From contig JBJKRI010000005.1 of NCBI GenBank assembly GCA_046704725.1, positions 192,001 through 256,000 of the forward strand: a stretch of DNA of 64,000 nucleotides, given 5' to 3'. Numbering within the stretch: the stretch's first letter is position 1; every line of letters starts with the position of its first letter. This document shows positions 30,779 to 39,828 of the stretch, piece after piece. A model generated the notes under the pieces. That model was not told where the DNA came from, did not search any database, and saw only the letters and a program-made list of their open reading frames with translations. The position numbers and the translations under genes were made by a program. Source of the DNA: Candidatus Woesearchaeota archaeon. GTDB lineage: Archaea; Nanobdellota; Nanobdellia; Woesearchaeales; SKIA01.

Positions 30779-31351
30779 TCAGGCGAAGGTCTGCCACAAG
30801 CCCTGGTAGACGGTGAAACCGTCGAAGCCCGGGATGGGCAGCATGTTGAAGATGAACAGGAAGCCGTTGATGAAGCGCATGTAGAGCCAGAATCGCGTCG
30901 CGCCCTCGCCCATCCTCTTGGTGCGCAAGACGACGAAGGAGACGAGATAGAGCAAGAGATTCACGCCCGGCCCGCCGAACGCGATGGCGCTGGACTGCAG
31001 CGGCGTGGCCGAGCCGATGATGGAGACGTACGCCGGCACGATGATGAGGAACGGGAAGCTCACGAGCTTGAGCAGGACGCCGGCCGCCAACCAGACGTAC
31101 GCCGCGTGGAAGGTCGCCGTCAACCCCTCGCCGAGCGCGACGAACTTATGGCCGAGCTCGTGCAGGAGAATGGACGGCGCGACAATCGCCGCGGAGTACC
31201 AGAAGCGGCTGGTCCACGACGACCGTTGCTTGTAGGCCTGCAGCGGGTCGTGGCTGGCGGGGCGCTTGAACATGTCCATGAAGATGAAGCCCGCGGCGGC
31301 GGTCATCAGTATCATGTCGAGGATCTCTTGCCAGGTGAACACGAACGCCAC
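30779..31351 (-). CDS. Site-2 (M50) membrane metalloprotease
   Basis: HELGH, GP.VN, FNMLPIPGFDG. Confidence 0.88.
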   Translation of the reverse strand: MAFVFTWQEILDMILMTAAAGFIFMDMFKRPASHDPLQAYKQRSSWTSRFWYSAAIVAPSILLHELGHKFVALGEGLTATFHAAYVWLAAGVLLKLVSFPFLIIVPAYVSIIGSATPLQSSAIAFGGPGVNLLLYLVSFVVLRTKRMGEGATRFWLYMRFINGFLFIFNMLPIPGFDGFTVYQGLWQTFA

Positions 31352-31430
31352 GCTTGGGCCAGCACAACCCCCCTTAAATAGCTTGTGCGACACAAAGGTT
31401 TTATAAGTCGGTTTGCCGGCTCACGACGGG

Positions 31431-31808
31431 ATGAGAGCGCTGAATCTATCGTTGCTCGCTGTACTGGCGGTCGGTGGGATGCTGATCATCGCATTCTCGC
31501 ACCCGCAGCCGACCGCGGACGTCGTGGCGAAATCGCCATTGGTCAAGGTCGTGCAGGCCTTCCCGGTCAAGGGCGACTACGACCTGAACGGTGACGGACG
31601 CATAGACGTGCCAGACACGGTAGTGCTGCAGCGTGTCCTGGACGGCAGCGCATTGTGCCCTGCGGGAAAGGATTGCGACGTGAACGGTGATGGCGTCGTG
31701 AACGCGCAGGACCTTGCGCAGCTCAACCTGCTCATCGTCCAGCGGCCGGACATCCAGGCGCAGCCATTGCCGCAGACCGTCTTCTGGCCCGGCGCGACGC
31801 TCGCCTAG
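31431..31808 (+). CDS. Exported dockerin-type (EF-hand) domain protein
   Basis: Signal peptide; GDYDLNGDGRID.PD and DVNGDGVVN..D duplicated Ca-binding loops. Confidence 0.8.
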   Translation: MRALNLSLLAVLAVGGMLIIAFSHPQPTADVVAKSPLVKVVQAFPVKGDYDLNGDGRIDVPDTVVLQRVLDGSALCPAGKDCDVNGDGVVNAQDLAQLNLLIVQRPDIQAQPLPQTVFWPGATLA

Positions 31809-32002
31809 ACGAGGATACGTCTCTCGCCCTGATGCGCCTCGAGGAACGAGCGCGCCTCATCGTAGCGACGGACCTGCCCTTCCTGGTGCAAGCGCTTGAG
31901 CATGCGACGGATAGCGCTGCGGTGCCCGCTGGTATGGACGCTCGTCAAACGGCCTTCCCTGCTGATGTACAGCGTGCCCTGGTGCTCGAAGACGTGGATC
32001 AT
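31805..32002 (-). CDS. Small hypothetical protein
   Basis: ATGA-coupled to upstream acidic ORF. Confidence 0.55.
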   Translation of the reverse strand: MIHVFEHQGTLYISREGRLTSVHTSGHRSAIRRMLKRLHQEGQVRRYDEARSFLEAHQGERRILV

Positions 32003-32220
32003 GCCGCTGCGGTGAATCCTCTGATGAAGCCTTCCTCGAAGTCGTCCAAAGCCCCTTCCTCGAGCCCTGCTTCGGGATCGCTCATCGTGTCCAGGTCGTC
32101 GATGTCCTCTTCGGCTTCGAGCCAGCCGAGCTCCATGCGTCGGTTGGCCTCCTCCCAGTCGGCGCCCTCTGAATTAGCGACGTAGCGCCAGACTTCGTAC
32201 CCCAACTGTTCGTTTTGCAT
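31999..32220 (-). CDS. Small acidic hypothetical protein
   Basis: GGGGTGA RBS; C-terminal EEGFI.GF. Confidence 0.65.
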   Translation of the reverse strand: MQNEQLGYEVWRYVANSEGADWEEANRRMELGWLEAEEDIDDLDTMSDPEAGLEEGALDDFEEGFIRGFTAAA

Positions 32221-32274
32221 CTGCTCACCCCCATGAGCGTGCGGCTCTTTGACCGCTGTATGGGGTATGCCCCC

Positions 32275-32296
32275 TCCAGTATATTAATCCACTGGA
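32275..32296. promoter_or_regulatory. Inverted repeat flanking a TATA-like box (candidate operator)
   Basis: TCCAGT-atattaatcc-ACTGGA. Confidence 0.45.
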
Positions 32297-32347
32297 TATA
32301 TGTATACATGAAGAAAAAATATGTACCCATTCAGGCATCGCTTGCCC

Positions 32348-32500
32348 CTAGGTCTCCGCGAAATCCGACAAACGCGCCTGGCGCAATCGGGCGAGACGCT
32401 CTGCCTCCTCCACAGACTCCGTATCGAACTCCTCGCTATGCGCACGCACGTACCGACGATAGAACTCCGCCGAGCACACATTCGTCCACGACATGGCCAT
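32348..32500 (-). CDS. 50-aa microprotein with C-terminal PIP-box-like motif
   Basis: Manual translation MAMSWTNVCSAEFYRRYVRAHSEEFDTESVEEAERLARLRQARLSDFAET; GGAGGGA directly upstream. Confidence 0.55.
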   Translation of the reverse strand: MAMSWTNVCSAEFYRRYVRAHSEEFDTESVEEAERLARLRQARLSDFAET

Positions 32501-32566
32501 TCCCTCCAAGCTTCCCTATGGAAAAGAAACTATTTATTCCTTATGCACGAAAGAGCGAGAAGCGGC

Positions 32567-32878
32567 CTATGCGTGCTGCGCGAGCATCTGCTTGAGCTGC
32601 GCCTTGGGCATGAGGCCCACGACCTTCTCGACGACCTCGCCGTCCTTGAAGACGATGACCGTCGGGATGGAACGCACCTGGTACTCCATGGCCAGCCTGC
32701 TCTCGGCCTCGACATCGAGCTTGAGGAACTTCACGTCGGGCGTCTCCTTGGAGAGCTCCTCCATTATGGGAGCGAGCATCTTGCACGGCCCGCACCAGTC
32801 GGCATAGAAATCGACGATGACGGGTTTCTTCTCCTTCAGGACTGCGTCCTGGAAGTTCTGGGAAGTGACGTGCTCCAT
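32567..32878 (-). CDS. trxA: Thioredoxin
   Basis: WCGPC, SIPT. Confidence 0.96.
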   Translation of the reverse strand: MEHVTSQNFQDAVLKEKKPVIVDFYADWCGPCKMLAPIMEELSKETPDVKFLKLDVEAESRLAMEYQVRSIPTVIVFKDGEVVEKVVGLMPKAQLKQMLAQHA

Positions 32879-32960
32879 ACCGTGAACGACCGCTGCGGCG
32901 ATTAAATAGTTTGTGCTTGTGCGTCCGGTGTTATGGGAAGCAGACGACGCAGGACATCCT

Positions 32961-34094
32961 TCACCGTTGGAGGACCCTCTTGGAGAGGCGATGCATCTGG
33001 AGCTGCTCGTCGGCGGGGATGACTATTACTGTGACTGGAGAACCGTCGACGGAGACGATGCCTTTTCCCTCGCGGTTGCGCTCCTCATCCAGCGGCACCT
33101 CCAGCAAGGCGCACACGCGGCTCCGCACGTACCACGCGCCCTCACCGATGCCACCGGTGAAGGCGATCGCCTCGGGACGCGGGACCGTGGTGCGCATGGC
33201 ATTGACGAAATACGCGATGCGATACGCGAGCATGTCGATGGCAAGGCGCGAACGTTCGTCGCCGACCTGGGCCGCGCGCCACACCTCGCGCAGGTCCGCG
33301 TGGCCGGTGATGCCCAATAGCCCGGAACGCCTGCTGAACAAGTCATCGAGCTGCTTTATCGTGTAGTGGCCTTCCCGCAGCAGGAAAAGCGGTATCTCCG
33401 GGTCGAGTTCGCCCGAACGCGTGGCCATGAACAGGCCGTCCAGAGGCGTGAAGCCCATCGTCGTGTCGGCGGAATAGCCGTGGCGGAGCGCGGTGATGCT
33501 GCTGCCCGCACCGAGATGGCAGCTGATGGCGTCGACCGCATGGCCGAAACGCTCCTCGAGAACAGAAGCGATATAGGAATGATTGATGCCGTGGAAGCCG
33601 TACTTGCGGATGCCGAAGCGCTCGTACAATTCGAGGGGAAGGCCGTACAAGAAGACCTCCTTGCTGATGGTGTGATGGAAGGCCGTGTCGAAGATCGCGA
33701 TTTGCGCCGCCTTGGGAAAAGCGTCCTTCGCCGCGCGGATGCCAGCGAGGTTCGCGGGGTTATGGAGCGGCGCGAGGACGGACAGCTTTTCTATATCGTG
33801 GATGACGTTCTGCGTGATGATGACGGGGCGGTCATGCTTCTCGCCGCCGTGGACCACGCGATGCACGACAGAGGTGACATCGTTCTTTCTCAGGACGCGA
33901 TTCTTCTCGAGCAACGAGAGCAGGTACCGCACGGCGGCGGCGTGGTCGTGCACCGGGACCCTGATGCGACGCTCGCCGAGGACGAGGACGCAGTCCTTGT
34001 GGAGACGGTCGAAATCCCCGGAGACGACCCGTCTGTCGCCGTCGAAGACGGCCCACTTCAATGACGAGGAGCCGGCGTTCAATACGAGTTGCAA
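32961..34094 (-). CDS. ackA: Acetate kinase
   Basis: LNAGSSSLK, HRVVHGG, LAPLHNP, FDTAFH, YGFHG, FTGGIGE. Confidence 0.95.
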   Translation of the reverse strand: MQLVLNAGSSSLKWAVFDGDRRVVSGDFDRLHKDCVLVLGERRIRVPVHDHAAAVRYLLSLLEKNRVLRKNDVTSVVHRVVHGGEKHDRPVIITQNVIHDIEKLSVLAPLHNPANLAGIRAAKDAFPKAAQIAIFDTAFHHTISKEVFLYGLPLELYERFGIRKYGFHGINHSYIASVLEERFGHAVDAISCHLGAGSSITALRHGYSADTTMGFTPLDGLFMATRSGELDPEIPLFLLREGHYTIKQLDDLFSRRSGLLGITGHADLREVWRAAQVGDERSRLAIDMLAYRIAYFVNAMRTTVPRPEAIAFTGGIGEGAWYVRSRVCALLEVPLDEERNREGKGIVSVDGSPVTVIVIPADEQLQMHRLSKRVLQR

Positions 34095-34141
34095 TTGCTC
34101 ACCTCGGACGTTCCCCGGGGTCGGGGCTTATATTGGTTTTC

Positions 34142-35056
34142 CTACGCGCGTCCGGTGCTGCCGAGGTCGTCGATGCGCTTGACGATCTGCTCTTGCAGCT
34201 GGTCGCGGGCGTAGCCGAGGATGGCGCGCGGGTCGAAGTCCTTTGGCTTGTCCTTGAGGAACTGCCGCACGGCGGCGTCGAAACCGATGCGCAGGTCGGT
34301 GTCGGTGTTGACCTTGGCGATACCGCGCGCGATGGCTTTCTGAATCTGCCCGGTCGGCACGCCGTGCGCGCCGTCGAGCTTCGCCCCTAATCGTTCGGCC
34401 TTCTTGAGGATGTTGCGCGGCACAGAGGACGCGCCGTGCAGCACGAGCGGGATGGAGACCTTGTCGGCGATCGCTTCCAAACGCTTGAGGTCGAGGCGCG
34501 GGGTGCCGTCGAACTTGTAGGCGCCATGGCTTGTGCCGATGCTCACAGCGAGTGATGAGCAGCCGGTCTTCCGCACGAACTCCTTGGCCGCGTCGGGATC
34601 GGTGAAGACATGCTCCTTGCTCTTCACCCAGCCTTCCTCGCCCTTCAACTGGCCGAGCTCAGCCTCGACGGGGATGCGATGCGGCTTGCAGTACGACACG
34701 ACTTTCTTCGTCTCGGCGATGTTCTTGGCAAAGGGCAGGTGCGAGGCGTCGCGCATGATCGATGTCCAGCCGTGCTTCACGCATCCCTTGACATGCGCCA
34801 TGTCCGGACCGTGATCGAGATGCAAGGCCACAGGGACCTTCGCTTCTTTGGCGAGAGCGCGGACAAGACCGCCGAGCGGCGCGTAGCCGCCATAGGCGAT
34901 GGCGCTCTTGCTCGTCGCTACGATGACGGGCGCGTTCGCCTCCTCCGCCGCTCGGATGATGGCGTGCGTGAACTCGAGATCGCTGGTGTTGAAGTGCCCG
35001 ATGGCGTACTGGCCGGCGCGCGCTTTCCTGAGCATGGTCGCTGTGGTGACGAGCAT
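34142..35056 (-). CDS. fba: Fructose-bisphosphate aldolase class II
   Basis: ALHLDHG, VEAELG, GTSHGAYK, LVLHGAS, KVN.DTD. Confidence 0.95.
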   Translation of the reverse strand: MLVTTATMLRKARAGQYAIGHFNTSDLEFTHAIIRAAEEANAPVIVATSKSAIAYGGYAPLGGLVRALAKEAKVPVALHLDHGPDMAHVKGCVKHGWTSIMRDASHLPFAKNIAETKKVVSYCKPHRIPVEAELGQLKGEEGWVKSKEHVFTDPDAAKEFVRKTGCSSLAVSIGTSHGAYKFDGTPRLDLKRLEAIADKVSIPLVLHGASSVPRNILKKAERLGAKLDGAHGVPTGQIQKAIARGIAKVNTDTDLRIGFDAAVRQFLKDKPKDFDPRAILGYARDQLQEQIVKRIDDLGSTGRA

Positions 35057-35241
35057 GCCGTCCACGCCGGAAGGTCCCTTCTTAAGCCTTGTGCTTCTTT
35101 TTCGGCGAGAACGAAAAACCATCGGTTTTGCATGCATCAGAACCGGAACGGAGGCTGAATAGGGAATAACCTTTATAAGTGTCCGCTTCCATAACGTCGT
35201 CACGGCAGCGGGAATCGCTGTTCGGGGGTGAATAGACACAC

Positions 35242-35580
35242 ATGGCAAAGAAGAATACCGGAAGCCTCGTCGGCTCATGGGCCTTCCTGATCGGCGTAAT
35301 CCTCGCGATCATTCTTGGCTTCATCACGATGAAGCCCTGGATGGCGATGGTGCTCGTGATCATCGGCCTGATCGTCGGACTGCTCAATATCACGTCCAAG
35401 GAAGCGATGGGTTTCCTGACGGCATCCACTGTGCTCGTCATCGTGACGGCGCTCGGCGGAGATAAGTTCGCGATCCTCGGAACGTGGGCTGCGCAGATCA
35501 TGCAAGCGCTGATGCTGGTGTTCGTCCCTGCGACGATCATCGTAGCGCTCCGCGCGGTCTTCGCGCTGGCGCACAACTAG
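35242..35580 (+). CDS. Small 4-TM membrane protein
   Basis: GGGGGTGA RBS; hydrophobic, G.WAF.IG...GLLNI..KE...FL. Confidence 0.75.
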   Translation: MAKKNTGSLVGSWAFLIGVILAIILGFITMKPWMAMVLVIIGLIVGLLNITSKEAMGFLTASTVLVIVTALGGDKFAILGTWAAQIMQALMLVFVPATIIVALRAVFALAHN

Positions 35581-35632
35581 ATCGCTTTTTTTCTTTCCTT
35601 TTTTCTTCTGTCCACGACGACTCGCGGAAGCG

Positions 35633-36463
35633 CTATTCGTGCAGCAGCGCGGCACCGACAGCTACAGGTGACTCGAGTTCATGACGGACGATGGAGCACG
35701 CCTCGAATCCCGAACCGAAACAATGCGGGCGGACCAGTTCCGGGAGCTGATCAAAGAACGGAAGGTTCGATACGCCTCCACCGATGACGATTCTCTCCGG
35801 ATTGAACGAATTGATAATCGAAGCCAGGAACAATCCGCAGCGCTCGAGCCACTCCTTCCTGGTCCGAATCGCGGCAGGCTCCTCGGATTCCCAAATGAGA
35901 CGTGGATGGGGGTGCTGCTCAGAACCTCCGTTTTCCATGTATTGCCTGACGATGGCAGGGCCGCTCAAGTAGAACTCCCAGTCATGTCCGTCGAGAAGAC
36001 GCATGTGGCCAATCTCTCCAGCGATACCGGATGCGCCCGAGTAGGGCCTGCCGTTGATGATCACTCCGCTCCCTACGCCGGTGCCCAGCGTGATCCCAAC
36101 CATTTGTCTGGTGCCCCGTGCGCTCCCAAAACGATGCTCCGCCAACGCGAAGCAGCGCGCATCATTATCGAACGCTACTGGGGCCTGGCCACCGAGCGTG
36201 GCGCGCAGGTCCGTGCCGATGAGCGCGGAGATGTTCGGTGCCGCGACGACGACGCCGTCACGGATGACCCCCGCGAACGCCACGCCGACGCCGCGCACAC
36301 CATCCTGCCAGACCGCATCGCGCGCTGCTTGGATGCGTGAGATAATCTCGTCCGCTGAACGCTGCGCGTCGGTGGGCACGCGATGGTGCTTCACGACAGC
36401 ACCTGTGTCGTCGAGGAGGACCGCTTCGATCTTGGTACCGCCGATATCGATGCCGATGTGCAT
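35633..36463 (-). CDS. ROK family sugar kinase (glucokinase-like)
   Basis: GIDIGGTK, NDARCFALAE, TLGTGVGSG, GEIGH, GGGVS. Confidence 0.92.
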   Translation of the reverse strand: MHIGIDIGGTKIEAVLLDDTGAVVKHHRVPTDAQRSADEIISRIQAARDAVWQDGVRGVGVAFAGVIRDGVVVAAPNISALIGTDLRATLGGQAPVAFDNDARCFALAEHRFGSARGTRQMVGITLGTGVGSGVIINGRPYSGASGIAGEIGHMRLLDGHDWEFYLSGPAIVRQYMENGGSEQHPHPRLIWESEEPAAIRTRKEWLERCGLFLASIINSFNPERIVIGGGVSNLPFFDQLPELVRPHCFGSGFEACSIVRHELESPVAVGAALLHE

Positions 36464-36494
36464 GCGATGCCTGCGTACCGAGGGTATAAGTGCT

Positions 36495-37154
36495 TTATGC
36501 TTGCACGGCTACCGCGGTGCGGATGCGGCTGAGCAGCTCGAAGAGCTCCTGGCGCAAGGTCGGGGTCAAGAAGAAACGGCGGTTCACGCCCACCCACGAA
36601 TGCAGGGGGAAGCGCGTGCACAGGGCCTTCTCGTACAACTGCCTGCACGCCTTTGGCTGCGTCGCTCCCGGAAGGCAGGGCTCTCCGAACACGACGACAT
36701 CCTCCTCCACGAGAGCGCCATCGAGGAACTGCGGTAGGAGCGCGAGGTGCACGAGATGCGCGCGCCCGAAACGCTGCTCGGTCTTGGCCATCACGCGCGT
36801 CAGGTCGGTGACGAACGGATCGAAATACTCCCGACGCAGGAAGTCCTCTGTGCCCGGCTGTTCGGCGAGCGGCAGGGCGATGCCATCCACGGTCGAGAAT
36901 GCCTTCGGGGAGATACGGTGCACATCCATGAGCACCGAGGACACCGTCGGCAACACTCCAGCGGCCTCGAGGACGGGAAGCAACTCGTAGAAGACCGGCT
37001 CGATGGAGGATTCCGCGCGCTCGAGGATGTATTCGCACTCCTCAGCGGAAAGAGCGGTGAGAAAATCCTCAGGGACCTCTCCTGATTGTTCGCAGGTGAG
37101 GACGAGGGGCGTGTGCTGGTACGCGAGAATCTTCTTCGCGGCCTCCACCATCAC
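36495..37154 (-). CDS. Hypothetical protein, weak resemblance to N-formylglutamate amidohydrolase fold
   Basis: PLVLTCE...VP start, MDVHR, YFDPF; catalytic residues not evident. Confidence 0.45.
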   Translation of the reverse strand: MMVEAAKKILAYQHTPLVLTCEQSGEVPEDFLTALSAEECEYILERAESSIEPVFYELLPVLEAAGVLPTVSSVLMDVHRISPKAFSTVDGIALPLAEQPGTEDFLRREYFDPFVTDLTRVMAKTEQRFGRAHLVHLALLPQFLDGALVEEDVVVFGEPCLPGATQPKACRQLYEKALCTRFPLHSWVGVNRRFFLTPTLRQELFELLSRIRTAVAVQA

Positions 37155-37182
37155 GCGTTCCTGGGAAGCGCGGTATTTAATC

Positions 37183-37920
37183 CTACTGGTTGTTGACGAT
37201 GCGCAACAGGTGCAGGCTGAACGCGTCCGCGACGCGCACGAGATCCTGCGTCGTGTTCGCCGTGAGGACGACGCAACCGTTCAAGTCACGGACCTCAGCG
37301 GTCGGACCCTGCGTGAGATAGATGATTGCGCGCCGCGGCGTGCCATCGGCGCACGTCACGTTGCCGTAGACCGCGCCAGCGGTCGGGATGCGATAGACCC
37401 TGCCGGTGATGCGGCTGATCTCCGCGCCCGCGATGGCGACCTCACCGGGCACGCCGTTATCGAAGGTCACGATGATGCCTGAATCGTTGTAATAGGTGAG
37501 ATTGAGGATGCGGTCGACGGCCGCCTGACTGACGAGGACGTCCTGCGTCTCCTTCGGGCCGTAATAGAACGTGATGGGATTCACGGCGATGTTCGTGACC
37601 ACCTGTGTTCGCCAGCACGTGCCGCCCTTGCTCGTGCACTTGGTCGCGTTGAAAACGAAACCGTTGTATGTATAACTGTGCGAAGCCGGCGAGATGATCG
37701 TCAGGCCGCCGATGGACAGCCCGTTGGTCACCACGAGATAGACCAGGCCGAACACCACAGCGATCACACCGAACACCGCGATGATCTTCCACGTGGGCAT
37801 CTCCGGCGGATTGACGATAGGTTTCTCCTCGGGGATCATCTGCACGGTCTTGACCGCTCTTTTCGCGGACTTCTTGCCTGTTTTTTTCGCAGTCTTCCTG
37901 GGCGTCTTCTTCGTCGCCAT
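37183..37920 (-). CDS. Membrane-anchored hypothetical protein (paralog of next gene)
   Basis: Lys-rich N-terminus, TM helix, Y.YNGF.F, C-terminal TCAD...GCVVL. Confidence 0.7.
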   Translation of the reverse strand: MATKKTPRKTAKKTGKKSAKRAVKTVQMIPEEKPIVNPPEMPTWKIIAVFGVIAVVFGLVYLVVTNGLSIGGLTIISPASHSYTYNGFVFNATKCTSKGGTCWRTQVVTNIAVNPITFYYGPKETQDVLVSQAAVDRILNLTYYNDSGIIVTFDNGVPGEVAIAGAEISRITGRVYRIPTAGAVYGNVTCADGTPRRAIIYLTQGPTAEVRDLNGCVVLTANTTQDLVRVADAFSLHLLRIVNNQ

Positions 37921-38510
37921 CAGCGCACCCCGTAATACGCGTAGATCAATTGGTCGCGCAGGAGCAAGAAGTCCGTCTGCTGACCGGTGAAGATGATGCA
38001 TGAACCGTTCACGCTGATACCCTGCGTGCCGTTCTCGATACGGATGAACGGGGCTTGCGGCGTGGCCTGCGAGCAGTTCGCCACGGGGAACGGATACTGC
38101 GAGGAGTTCTGCGTCACCGCAGCGCCCGGACGCAAGGGCAGATAGCTGGTGAAGTCATACCTGATCTGGTCGATGTACGGCAGGTCTGCAGTGTCGTTCG
38201 GATTGAACAAGACGACGAGCGTCGAAGCGTTCTTGAGCAAGGAGACCGCTCCGGGCGGCACGACGAGGCTCTGGTCCGGATAGCTGTAGAACTGCATCTG
38301 GCGTCCGTCGATGGTCCCGTACAACAGGTTGCCCTTCGTGGTGAGCTGCACTTGCGTCTTGGAGCCCTGCTGGGAGGCGGGGATATAGTAGAATATGAAC
38401 GCGACGCTCGAGAGCACCATCAGGCTGATGATGAGGATGCCGCCGATGAGCCGCACGCGACGCTGGCGCTGCTCCTCCCGGCGCTGGTCGCGGCTCTTGT
38501 GCTTGGCCAC
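37920..38510 (-). CDS. Membrane-anchored hypothetical protein
   Basis: Basic N-terminus, TM helix, C-terminal NCSQAT...SCIIF.G...D.L.Y. Confidence 0.7.
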   Translation of the reverse strand: MAKHKSRDQRREEQRQRRVRLIGGILIISLMVLSSVAFIFYYIPASQQGSKTQVQLTTKGNLLYGTIDGRQMQFYSYPDQSLVVPPGAVSLLKNASTLVVLFNPNDTADLPYIDQIRYDFTSYLPLRPGAAVTQNSSQYPFPVANCSQATPQAPFIRIENGTQGISVNGSCIIFTGQQTDFLLLRDQLIYAYYGVR

Positions 38511-38612
38511 GAGAGAGGGGTGGGCGCGCGCTTCAAAAGCGTTTCGTCACACGGCTCCTCTTTGCGGAGGGGGGACAAACAGATATAAACCGTGCATCTC
38601 AGTGCATAGCGC

Positions 38613-39629
38613 ATGGAGTCGTCGTCGGTGAGCAAATGGGCGTTCTTCGTGCTGCTCGCGTTCCTCGCGTACCTGGCGTATCTCGTACTCCAGCCGTTCA
38701 TCGGCTACCTGCTGATGTCCGTCGTGCTCGTGATGATCTTCTTTCCCGTCTACCGCTGGCTCATCAAGCGTATGGGGCATCCCAAGCTGTCCTCCCTCCT
38801 GCTCGTTCTCGCATTGCTCATCCTGCTGGTCGTTCCGAGCCTGTTCATCGGAGCGAAACTCATCCGCAGCGCTCCGCAAGCCTACGCGAGCGTGGTCAAC
38901 CACGTGAACACCGCTCCCATCGAGAAGCTCATCCTCGACACGACCGGAGCGCATGTCGATGTGCAGAGCTGGCTGCAAGATTCCTCGCTGCGATTCCGGA
39001 CCTATATGCTCGACAACGCGGGCGCGGTATTGAGCAGCGCGACGGGAGTCGCTATCGGATTGTTCATGCTGTTCTTCGCCATGTACTATCTGTTCACGGA
39101 CGGCGACCGCGTCATGAAACGACTGCGCGAGGCGGTGCCGCTGCGCCCCCAGCACCAGGAACGGCTCATCGGAGAGGTCAACCAGGTCGTGCATGGCATC
39201 ATCGAAGGACACTTGGTGACCGGCATGGTGCAAGGAGCGATCGGCGGGGTCATCTTCTGGATACTCGGTGTGCCGAACGCGCTGTTCTGGGGATTCCTCA
39301 TGGTGATCTTCAGCGTGATCCCCGCGCTCGGAGCGTTCATGGTATGGCTCCCGGTCACGATATGGCTGTTCTACACCCACCAATACGTTGCGACGGTCGT
39401 GATGCTCGTGTCGGGACTGGTCATCAGCCAGATAGACAACTTCCTGCGGCCGTACATCGTGGGGCGCTACGCCGAAGTGCATCCCGTGCTCGTGGTCATC
39501 GGCGTGTTCGGCGGGCTCGCGGCCTTCGGCTTCGTCGGCTTCGTCCTCGGACCGCTGATCCTCGCCCTATTCATCAGCATGCTGCGCTTCTACCGTCAGG
39601 AACTGCACGCCCCGAGCGATAACGCTTAA
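38613..39629 (+). CDS. AI-2E family transporter
   Basis: Multi-TM; IP.LG...VW.P, IDNFLRP, HP.LV.IGVFGG...FGFVG..LGP. Confidence 0.92.
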   Translation: MESSSVSKWAFFVLLAFLAYLAYLVLQPFIGYLLMSVVLVMIFFPVYRWLIKRMGHPKLSSLLLVLALLILLVVPSLFIGAKLIRSAPQAYASVVNHVNTAPIEKLILDTTGAHVDVQSWLQDSSLRFRTYMLDNAGAVLSSATGVAIGLFMLFFAMYYLFTDGDRVMKRLREAVPLRPQHQERLIGEVNQVVHGIIEGHLVTGMVQGAIGGVIFWILGVPNALFWGFLMVIFSVIPALGAFMVWLPVTIWLFYTHQYVATVVMLVSGLVISQIDNFLRPYIVGRYAEVHPVLVVIGVFGGLAAFGFVGFVLGPLILALFISMLRFYRQELHAPSDNA

Positions 39630-39655
39630 AAAGAAGCCAATGGTCCTCTTCTCAC

Positions 39656-39750
39656 GCCTCAGTAGCTCAGCCGGCCAGAGCGACGGTTTCGTATGGAAGA
39701 CACTTCCAAGGAAGAACCGTAGGTCGGGGGTTCGAATCCCTCCTGAGGCT
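39656..39750 (+). tRNA. tRNA-Thr(CGT) with a 21-nt intron at position 37/38 (intron about 39694-39714)
   Basis: GCCTCAG/CTGAGGC acceptor, ACGGT-TT-CGT-A[intron]A-ACCGT, GGTTCGAATCC T-arm; intron hairpin TGGAAG-ACA-CTTCCA with relaxed bulge-helix-bulge geometry. Confidence 0.9.
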
Positions 39751-39828
39751 CGTCCGGGCACATCCTCTCTTTCTCCACTGGACACGCGCCCGCGTCATCC
39801 TCTTCAATGCGTATCGCTTCTCTCCGCT

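Noticed and set aside
39640-39828. ORF running through tRNA-Thr into the LAGLIDADG gene
   Set aside because: Open by chance across the tRNA; plausible start is ATG 39829
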